A DNA stretch of 64,000 nucleotides from Asterias rubens (lineage: Eukaryota): the NCBI RefSeq assembly GCF_902459465.1, contig NC_047071.1, positions 3,100,001 to 3,164,000 of the forward strand, given 5' to 3'. This document shows, piece after piece, positions 49,601-60,067 of this stretch. The notes below the pieces were generated by a model. It saw only the letters and a list, made by a program, of their open reading frames with translations. It was not told where the DNA came from and ran no database searches. Each line of letters opens with the position of its first letter. Positions within the stretch are counted from its first letter, which is position 1. The position numbers and the translations under genes were made by a program.

Positions 49601-52048
49601 GCTATTTATTGCGTACACATCATTATTCAGTTTATTTTGAAGCCAGTCATATACGGAAAGTGAAACCATGTTTTGTTATGAAAGGTAATTCTATTTTAGG
49701 CCTAGACCCGGATTAGTCGGTATTGTGTACAACAACAATAATATGTCGACACTTTCGGTACACTATGATCCGTAATTCATTCCTGAAAGATTTCAATGCA
49801 CAACGAAACTCGAATATGCAATAGGAGCGGCATTATGCCTTACAATTAGATGTAAGCCCACTACTGCACCATTCTCAGGGGTTGAATGTGAAACTTTTCA
49901 TTGTTAGCATTTTGTACACATGAATTGCCTGGGAGTTTTATGTATTGAAATGTGCCCATTCATTGGAAATAGAGGTAGGCCTGCATGGTAAACCTACTTC
50001 CTCTAACGGCGAAGTCTCAAGCTCACAACATTTATATTCAACAAAATACCTTATTATGAAGAAATTGACTGTTGAAATTTGTTGATACATGTATGATTAT
50101 TGATGTTGACTCCACGATTGTTAGCCGTGATTTAAAACAAAACTATGACTACTTCGAAGTTGTCCTCCGCCAAATCAGACAAAACTGCCATAGCGCCCTC
50201 TGTTGAAGTCGAAAGGGGGAGGGGCGGGGACTGTGAAAGCTCTAGTCCCTAGGTTGAAACTGTAGGTATAATAAACAATCATTTTTCACCTTAATTAATC
50301 CTAAAATTACGCAGGTAAAACAGACTTCCAACAGTGTGCACTCGCACCGTATCTGCAACGTCAGGGTTTATGTATTTCTTCTTTAGTATATGTAAGCTCA
50401 CACCAAGTATTGTGTACAGTCTCCTGTGGTATTTTGTGCAAGGGGCCAGTTGGAAAGGAGAGTACACAGTCTCATGTGGTATGTTGTGGAAAGGGCCATT
50501 TGGAGTTATGTGGTTTGTTGTGAAAAGAGCCAGTTTGTCAAGCAAGTGTACTGATGGTGGCTTGTGTACTGTGGACTTAAGTTTCCTGTATAGTATGTTG
50601 TGCAAAGGGCCATTTGGTCATGAGAGTACACCAATAGTAATACTAAAATTGTTAACTTCCAATAACAAAAACAGAACACTTCATTTAACATCTCCTTGAA
50701 GTAGAGCATTTATTTTACATAAAATAATAACCATACTATGGTATATTATAGCAATCTACACATCTCAACTGTAGAGTTTTTTTTTTGTACACAATATACA
50801 ATTTGAATCCCTCAGCTGTCGCGTTGTTAAAGTCTCAATATTTATTACAAGTTTTTAAGTAACGACCCAACAATTTTTTTTGGTCAAAGTAAAGTAACTT
50901 CCCCTCCCCCCAAAAATGTTTTCAAAAAAAGGTAAATTGTTTTTGTCTTGGAAACACAATGACCCCCTCCCCAATTATCACAAAAATACTCACTGAGAAA
51001 AAAAGAAAAAACTCTTGCAAAGGATCAGTATGCAAAAAAATAGATAACGACCACGAGTTTCGACCCTAAAACTTAATAACTTAACTTTAACGTCTAGACC
51101 TAAGCTGTTCAGTTTAAAACCTGCTTCAAAACTCTGATTGGAACCATACTCAAAGTCACCATTGCTTCGGGACGATCATAATTTCTAATAGTTCATTGTT
51201 TTTCCAATGGGTTAATATTTACATTATAAAAACACAATTCAGGTCTATTATTAAATGTACATGTGACCAGATAGGGGATTAATTTTTGTAAAATAGAACC
51301 TCTAATAAAGATTGCGTTTTTTCTGAAAATATTAACAGCCTTTTTTTATTTATTTATTGTTTCCTCAGCTACGATTAACTTCTTGTTTATTATATCTGTC
51401 TCCATTCACATAGACACATCTTATCAAATCAGAAATGAGATTTGCAGAATGTGGATATTCCTGAAAATGGTTCCCTGGCCCGAGTTCCTCGTAGCGATTA
51501 ATACTGTCTTGGCATATGAGTGATTGGGCTGTGTATGTGCAGACAACTGTTCACAGAATTCTAAACTGTGTACATGCATTCCCAACAAAGCACCATAATG
51601 CAAGCTGCCATTAGTCAAAACCATTTTAGTGATATGCATGAATTGTGCGCTATTTAAATTTCTGTAATTTGGAACATCTGAATAAATATCTAATACAAAA
51701 ATAATGCAAACCAATTATTTCCAAATAATCTATGAAAAACCATAACAGCATTAATACGTTGGTACACAATAAACACAAGCCATTCATTGCTCTGGTGGTT
51801 GAATGTATGTAAATGGTAAAAAGCAATATGGTAAAATGCAATACCATTACAAGCCAAATAGAGAAATAACCCACAGCGCCCAGAGCAATTACCATGGTGA
51901 CCTGTGATTTTGCTGTGGTGCCAAATTGACATTTTCCTCATAGAAGTGCCTCAAATCAGAGAAAGATTGTCACCCCAAACCATTTTGATAAAAAAAGGAA
52001 AATATTTTTTACAAAATAAAACACTTACATTAAAAAAAATTGCTGGCT

Positions 52049-55000
52049 TCAAATTTCCCCTCCATGCTTGGGTGTGTTTTTCACAGCCTGATGTTGTTGG
52101 ACAATATCACCGGTATCCACCCTCGACTGGTTCACGTTAATGACTTTCACTTCCTTAACGACGACTTCGTTATCGCTGTTTAAAGATTGATCCGTGGATG
52201 GAGCGACCTCATTGGCTGGTGCAGACTCCGTCATAGTGGCCACTGAATCTGCATTAACATTGTCCACGTCTTTTGCTACGACTTCCTCATTTGGCAATGC
52301 TTCTCCTGCTTGGTGATTGGGTATCTTTCCGAAACGACCCAAGTTGATTGGCCCATGTTCAGTATATTGTGTGTCGTCGGCCTTCAGAAGGGTTCGTGAT
52401 ACAACTGTAATGGAAGAGGGAAAATATTTGCATTTTACTTTATTTAAAAAAAACAGAACAACCCTCACAACACAAAGAGGGGTTTTTATTAGTGTATAAA
52501 AGGCTCATTAGTAGGGGCACAGATTGGTTTTTGTCAACAAAATGATTGATTTATTTTTACAAAAGCCTGAACTCTTAACAAGAAACAATGTCTCCCTTCG
52601 CCCCGCGAAAGGCCCGGTCACACAGGCCTCAATAACGAAAACGAGAATGCTAACAATGCATGCCCTCGATTGGTTGAATGAGCGTAGGCGTATTCTGCAT
52701 GGAGCATTTCAACCAATCGAATGCATTCTCTTTGCGTCGTAATTGTATCGTTTTCGTTATCACTGCAGTGTGACTTGGCCTTAACCCATAACTGCTTCTT
52801 ACCTCCTTGTGGTGTTTGAGAAGCCACCTGGCTGTCTTTCGATGAAGTGAAGGGGTTGAAGCTTGGTGCAATCAGAAGAGCAAAGGACAGCAGTAATACC
52901 TGTTTACAAAGAGAAGAAAAACTAAGTTAAGAAAAATTACATAATGCAACAGGACACTGTATGAGGCAAAAACAAATAAGCATTTAGTAGATATTTTTTA
53001 GGATTGAAAATTTACAAGGTGGGAGTATAATTAGGTGAGGTTTGGGTAGCACTTTGTCAAAATCTCTTGCAAAAAAACAATGGTTGACAACTCAACATTT
53101 CGACCAGTATGTATTCTCTGATCGTCTTCAGAGCATACTGATAGCAAACGTTGGGTTGTCTTTTCAGAACCAACACTACTCAAAAGAGATTTACACATGG
53201 TGCTTCTGCAAACCTCACCCTAATCGTATAGTTTTAAAACCACATAGCAAAGTGCTATACACAGGACAATAATGGCGTGGTGAGATCGTACACCACTGGG
53301 AACGAGGTTAACTGGGAACAAGGTTGCTCTTGAATAAAAGGAAAGCGCGTTGGACTCTTACCATGACACAGGTGCCGGACTGAGCTGCTTTCGATGTAGA
53401 CTTAGTCACAAGGGATTGTAGTTTCTTTAACTGCTCCATCAGTGTCCTGTCAAAGATAAATTGTCGTAAAACAACAATTATTGAAATGTATAGAAACAAA
53501 TTAGAAATAAGATTAATAATCATTTCTTTATGAATTCATTTAATTCTTGTTATCCTGGGAAAACTTTTCAGTGAAACACTGTTTTTCAAACATGCCTAGC
53601 AACATCATTAGTTAATAAAAAAATTATCAAATTATAAAAGAAATTAAACGTACAAAGATATTGCAGAGATTATAAAAAGTTAATAGACAGTGAGGTTAGG
53701 TTGAAATAGACAATACATTACAACGAAAATGGTTAAATACAAAAGATCTGGGTCAGCCAAAAGAGATGAACCCACACAATCATTAATAATTGCATCTATT
53801 TAGGCCTACTATGACAGTAAATAACAAAAACAAAACCTAAATGAGCCAACATTGGAATCAACATTTCTAAAAACACAAGAACAAAATTCATTACAATATC
53901 TTAATAATTTCCTGAAAATAATCTTGAAAATAAGGAGTCAAAAATCGAAAACAAGGTTAGCAATTTCCAGTCAAACGACTACATGTATACAGTAATTATT
54001 GGTACATGTAGGTATCTAAAGGGCAAGCAAGTCCACTCTTAGCAAATAGACAATTTTGAGTTGAACAAGCACTGACAGAAGATCCAGATACTTAGAGATG
54101 ACATTTGTCTCAACAAAGCATAATTTGATACTCAAGAGATTTGCAAGATATCAGACTCGCCGTCATCATACTTTAACAAAGGTATTGCACAATGAGGCAG
54201 CCTAGTCAAAGTATTTTATTGCAAAACACAAGACAACCAGGCTTGTCCTATCGTGAGTTTACTGGCCCGGCGCTGGTCTCGGGCCTGCAGTCCAGTGTTA
54301 ATTTCAAGCTCTACTGCCTGGAATTTAAAGTATGCATTTTGCAGAGAGCACTCCCATCGGAAAATCTTATTAAGTTTATGGGAATTTTCTGAAGGGGCAC
54401 CAAGGCTAGGACCAGAGCAACAGAGGCCCAATTCCATAGCGCTGCTTAAGCAAGAAATATTGCTTAACCATGTTTTGCTAAGCACAAATCAGCAGGATAC
54501 CAGTCACAAATGGTACATGTGAAATAGGATTTTGGCTGGTAACCTTATTCTGGTTAGCATAATTTTTTTTTGCTTAGCATATTTTTGTACTTTAGCAGCC
54601 CTATGAAATTGGTCCCAGAGCAACAGGCCATTACCTCTCTGGTCTCCATATTTTTTCCAGGCCTGGACTTACTTGTTCTCATTCTCAAGCTTAGCCATCT
54701 TCTTCTGCATGTCTAGATTTTGTTTTGTGCAGAGATGAACGCGATGCTCCAAGCCGTCGACGTAAACCTTCTTCCTCTTCCTGCTGTCCATAGCCGAGAT
54801 CTTGTTGCGGATCTTACGCCTGACTGTCTTGAGTGACCTCTCCTCCTCCTGAACAAATAAGTTTGGGTTGAACAACAATATTTCTTAGAACAAACTTTCA
54901 ATTGACATGGCGATGCTCTACCAACTGAACTATCTAATCTAGCCCCTATGTTGGCGGTCTTCCTATTTTGTCAAATTTTTTGTTTGGGGTGCCAGTTAGA

Positions 55001-58000
55001 AGCCATTTGACCGGTACGTGCCAGATAGCCAAGAATAACCCACATTTATCCCAGTGCAGTATTTCGCCAGCCAAGAAGGATTTGGAATGTTCATTGTACA
55101 TGTACAAGATTCTTGGTTCTTGGTTGTTTTTCCGCCAAAATACTCCATGAAAGAGTCTTGACTTGAGTTGGGTTGGTACCTTAGTGAGCGAGAGGGCCAG
55201 GGTCTGGAGCCACAACCAAATGGTACAGCTGTTATTTTTATACTTTTACGGGAAAATTGTAAAATATCTCAGTTAAGCTTAATCTCAGTGCAGTATCTTG
55301 CCTACCAGGAAGACCTTGGAATGTACAAGTACAAGGTTACATGGTTTATAGGAGGAAGAAAACCTAAAACTGTACCTTAGTGAGCGGCATGTCTGCTGGT
55401 AGATCGATGTTCATCTCAGCTAGTAACCTCTTCTCTTCATCAGTTAGCCTCAGCGTAGGATAACTCTGAAGAAGAAAAAAAGAAAAAAAATGTTTAACTT
55501 TTGTAACCAGCTAATGTAACGCCAGATGTCATGTACATGTACATGTAGATGTAATCCACTAAATATCCACAGAATGGGTGCCATTTCAGCAAGAAAATGC
55601 TAAGTAACATCAGTGATAGCAATGGTAATTTTCTGCATCAAAAGAGCTGCTTACTGAAATGGCATCCAGTGCACATTACATATGTCAGTCTTCAGCACTC
55701 TATAATCTTTGGTTAATACTCACCGAGTCTGAAGTTGAGATGCTTCTTGTGGACATTGTGGCACTGAGGACTTTCACATCTTGGACGGTCATGGGAAGGG
55801 AAGACTTCTTACTCTCACTTGGAGATAGCTTGTTGAGATCCCATTCAAAACCAACTGCAAATTACAAAACATGTTTCAAATATTTAACTGTATGATCAAT
55901 CGCTCGCCACTTTTCTTGGATTAAAGTATGCGATGGGATCAAGCTAAATGAGTCGTTTGTTGGAAATATCGGTCCGGAGAACCAGGGGTGAAATCTCCCC
56001 CAAAAGAATTTTGTAATCTTAATACCAAGATATATCTTATTTTGCTTTGGCAACTTCCTTAAGATAAAAACATAAAGAAAGCGGTTAAAATTAGCATTTA
56101 GGCCTAAGGAAAATTTGGCAATGTAGTTTCAATAAACAACTTGACTTTAAACACACGTTGCTCAGTTTCAATGCCTAGCAACCAAAGGTGGTATAAATAA
56201 GGGGTTTTAAAAGTAAGCAAATGCTCTTTTCAAATGTAGAATATTTGTTCAAATGATCTCGGTCGACAGATGACTCATTTTGCTTGATCGCATCCCATAT
56301 GTTTGGTACTGTCTTGTAATAATCATGTCAAATTGGGTTTTTGTTCAGTTGTAAGGACTGCCGTCTCACTGATAGCTGTATTTCAATTTTTTTTTTACAG
56401 ATTGTAATGTTATTTGAACATGTTTATGGTAATATGCGCACACGATTAATTTGTTAGTAATACAATTGTTATAATCACTGGAGCGAGTCACATTTGCAAA
56501 CAGGAATAAACAAGAGATTCAATAACAGTAACATCTGTCAACTGTTTGTCAAAAGTTTCCGATTACTCAACGCTTCTTTACAACTTAGACTCACAGCTGC
56601 TGCTGAATAATCAACATAATGTACATAATTTTTTGGTCCTGGGCCCAGCATTCTCTGCTGTAAGGCTTATATAGCGGTGAATATATGCGCTAACTATGTT
56701 AGCTAATATGCAGGCACAATACATAAATTAGCTTGCAGTGACATAAGGCTCATATTTTTCTGCAACTGAAAGTGCAGATGTTTTGGTTAAAAGCAATGGA
56801 CACTATTATGTTATTATGCCCTGTGTAAATTTCCTGTACAAATTTACATTTTCCTCCTAGAGAGGCACCTTACCAGAGGGAAATTGCTGTGCCCCTTCAA
56901 GTGCGAAGTTAGATAGTGTGGTTTGGTTTATTGTTTTTAAACTCGTGGGCAGTGGCCAAATTACAGTACAAATTACAATTTATACAAAAATAGTTTACAA
57001 ACAAAATAGTTTACAAACAAAAATATACAGTTAGCATATAAAAAATATATAGCCATTGGAGGCTATTGAAGTTGAAGGCATTAGGTTTAATAGACCCTTC
57101 CCATGAAATATGTAAATTGCACATAGCGCGTGCGCACTAAAGTTTTGGTTGGCAAATTGAGGGAACATCGCGCTGTTTTGTACACGGGTAATGGGTGCGT
57201 CACGCAGACGCGATTGCGCGTCTGCTTAGTGCACAACTCTATGGCGTTTGCCAACCAACAGGGTCTGTACGCATGCGTGAATGTAATTAGAATATTTCAT
57301 GGGAAGGGTCCATTTTGCCACTAAAAAAAGGTAGTGTGAAATAGGGAGGAGAAATCAATGATCAATGATTGAGTTTCACTTACTTGATTCAAGATCCGAG
57401 TTCTCAATAGTTGCATCCTCCATCAGCATTGTGTCTGGACCAATCAAATAGCTCGACATATCTGGCACTTTCATGCTCATCTCGTCCAAGTCGTCGATGT
57501 GTTGCGGGCTGCCCCCTGATTGGCTGTCACTTTGGTACTGTGATGGGGAGCTGACATTGTCTGAGATACCGCTGTCACTGTTGCCCGGGGACGCAACCTG
57601 GGTGTCGTACGCTGTCTGGGAAATTGTTGACAGGTCGAAGCCTCCATTGAGAAGGTTTGAAAACAGATCATCGGCGGTTGAACTCTGGAGAAAGGGCAGG
57701 GAAATGTTTTGCAATATATCAGCCCCATAGTTAAACCTACGATACATTTTAAATTTTGGGTGATGGAAGAATAACTTCATACTACATTCAAACATAAATT
57801 TTAAGTCACCTCTGAAATTTTCTGAAAGTGGTATTACTTTTAAGGTTTGCAAAAAACAAAACAGTTAATGGCTTGTTGTTTTAGACCCTAGTGCATAGAG
57901 CTATATATATTGACTAGAGCACTAACACCCCGATATACACACACTAAGGTTTTGAAGCCGTGTGGGCGCATCCATGTTTATGTACAAACCAATACAAAGC

Positions 58001-58810
58001 TTGAAATTTTGTACGGCAATTGTACGGCTATCTGCATGATAGTGCGTTTGTTCTTTTATTTGTGTCATTGAACCAAAAAATGCAGCAAATGTAAACGCAC
58101 AATCCGAGTTGATGAGCGTACAAACTGCGAGCGTCATGTGCGTCATGTTTAAAAGGCGCGTATACTCTTTTTAGTACGTCAACCAAGTCGAACTTACAGT
58201 TTTCATGGCGCGGAAGTACGCAAATGGACAGTCGCGTATGTAAGCGCCCACGCCGAATGTAAAAAGAATCGCTTCAATGTGTGTTCTCTTAAAATTAAGA
58301 TCGTTCCGAAGTCACGCAACACATCAAACATGTCTGCGCTCAGGGTGGCTTCAAAACGCAGAGCAAGTTAGCGCTCTAGTCAATATATATAGCTCTATGC
58401 CCTAGCGTAGCTTTGAGAAAGACTCTGCTAGTGCTAGGGTCAAAACGTCTGGCCATCAACTATTTTTTTGCATTTATACCGTCCTTTTGGTTGGTAAGCA
58501 GTTTGCAACATGTATTCTATTTTCTCAAGATTAATAAAATCTTCCTGAAAGGACCTCATTTCAACACTCAGCATGCTCAGTTAAAAATTTCAAAATGTTG
58601 GTTAAAATATGGGTTTAGAATGCCCCCACTTTTTGGTGACAGTTGAATAATCTGTTTACAAAATCTTACCATTGCATCTGCCTCGTTATTGAAACTGATG
58701 AATGTATCGCAGTCATCCATGAGGATTCCATCTGTTTGGTTGAAGAGAAGATCCAAGTCGCTCGATCCAGACTCGTTTCTTTCTCTTAGCGTTTCTACCT
58801 TCACTGACAT
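52049..58810 (-). CDS. CREB3L3/4-like: ER membrane-anchored bZIP transcription factor of the CREB3/OASIS family (Luman/CREB-H/CREB4-like), 458 aa
   Basis: Exons 58810-58670, 57684-57384, 55854-55724, 55465-55376, 54848-54673, 53446-53362, 52899-52803 and 52404-52049 total 1377 nt. Motifs: [13 protein letters not shown] (cf. CREB3L3 LLDLLFDRQDGIL), [10 protein letters not shown] phosphodegron-type motif, [16 protein letters not shown], b[48 protein letters not shown], and site-1-protease motif SRTLL. Confidence 0.95.
54905..55230 (-). mobile_element. tRNA-headed SINE-like remnant in a CREB3L intron
   Basis: The minus strand reads gggctagattagatagttcagttggtagagcatcgcc (tRNA D-arm/A-box) and is truncated before a T-arm. 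The extent of the element is uncertain. Confidence 0.5.
57090..57313. mobile_element. MITE in a CREB3L intron
   Basis: TIR atagacccttcccatgaaatat / atatttcatgggaagggtccat; internal inverted pairs ttggttggcaaa/tttgccaaccaa and gcagacgcg/cgcgtctgc. Confidence 0.85.
57888..58403. mobile_element. MITE with about 38-bp TIRs in a CREB3L intron
   Basis: ctagtgcatagagctatatatattgactagagcactaac / gttagcgctctagtcaatatatatagctctatgccctag. Confidence 0.85.
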
Positions 58811-59666
58811 CTTGAGCTGTGTATACTGTCTTATTGTTTTGTCCAGTCACCTGATATTATTATACCTGAGATGGAAAATAAAAAGTAATGGTAATGGTGG
58901 CCTGGTGTTAAATAGTCCTATATTTATAGTCCTGTTTTGGTTAATTGTTGATGTTTTCAATCCAGTGAAAATGTTGGCAGGATGTAAAATGGGTTTAAAA
59001 ATAATTTCATGACAACAATTGGACAAATTAATTACCAACTACGATAACATTCAGCAACAGAAAATGGCAACAAAACAATGTATTTTATTGTAACACTTGT
59101 TAACTTATGTATGAAAAATAACGAAAACAGTACATAAGTAAATGTAACTTTAGCCAAAAAAAAATGTTTGTAGAATGGGATGGATGTAGCATTAGTCATG
59201 TTAGTTGAGGCAGCATGTTGAGTAACCAGGTCGGATAAATGTAATAAAATTCAAATTACAATAATTAATTAATATTGAAAAAAATAGAGAATGACACAGT
59301 TTTACCCGTTTAATTAATACTTTTGACTTAAATTTAAAAAAAAAAAAGCTTGTAAAAAACTGCCAGACATACAAACAAAGTACAAACAAACAAACAAACA
59401 AAACACACAATCAAAATGACAGACAAACATCGGAAGTTCTAACATGTCCAACCATGGAGCTTATTCCTCCGTGGTCCAACTATGCCATTGCTTATTTGCT
59501 GCCCCCCCCCCCCCCCCCTCCCTGCACTCCATGCTTCCTGCATGCACCGAATTTTTAATTTTAGCCAAAATGTAAAAAGGGTGAAATTTCACCACCACAA
59601 TTGAGCAGTTACTAACTACCACAACAACAGAACAGTGCTACAAATTAAGTGAAATAACTCTCTCAC

Positions 59667-59745
59667 CTCCTTTGCCTTAAGTCCGTGCGGAGCTTTTGCT
59701 GACAAGTTTGTTTCACTCGAGGAAAATGCGGCAATTCTGGAGAGA
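59667..59745 (-). other. Non-coding first exon of the CREB3-family gene
   Basis: The first coding exon has an acceptor (tatacacag|ctcaagATG, 58816). A strong donor ggag|gtgaga lies at 59667/59666 in a GC-richer block. The 5' end is approximate. Confidence 0.6.
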
Positions 59746-60067
59746 TAAAATACTTCGTAGAGCTTGGCAACAATGTGATCTAATCTGTGTTTCTATTTTT
59801 GGATCATGAATCATGTTTACAGCCAGCATTGCAGAGATGACGTGGCCGCTTGATATAGCGCCACCTTGTGGTCATTATTTATTTTTCTATTTTAAAATAT
59901 ATTAATTTTTAAATTCAAGTACACAATACCAACAGAGGGCGTTGTTTCTTTCTGTAAATGTTTGGTTCTTTACGTCGTGGATCTGGACCGCATGCTTGGT
60001 GGTGAAATTTTTTTCATCTAGTATTTCTGGCGTTTTTGCATAGAAAACAGACAACAAATCATCCAAT
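59745..60067. promoter_or_regulatory. Bidirectional promoter shared by the CREB3-family gene and NSA2
   Basis: Head-to-head 5' exons about 0.3-0.4 kb apart. Contains GATGACGTGGC (59836-59846), a CTCF-consensus match CCACAAGGTGGCGCTA on the minus strand (59856-59871) and CAACAGAGGGCG (59931-59942). Confidence 0.7.

Noticed and set aside
54905-54945. tRNA gene
   Set aside because: Only a D-arm/A-box is present, so it is a SINE head. The same applies to 10770-10815 and about 63915-63975.
5848-59520. Many poly-C/poly-G runs of 10 nt or more
   Set aside because: They are scattered without positional pattern, often inside repeats, and homopolymer lengths are assembly-sensitive.
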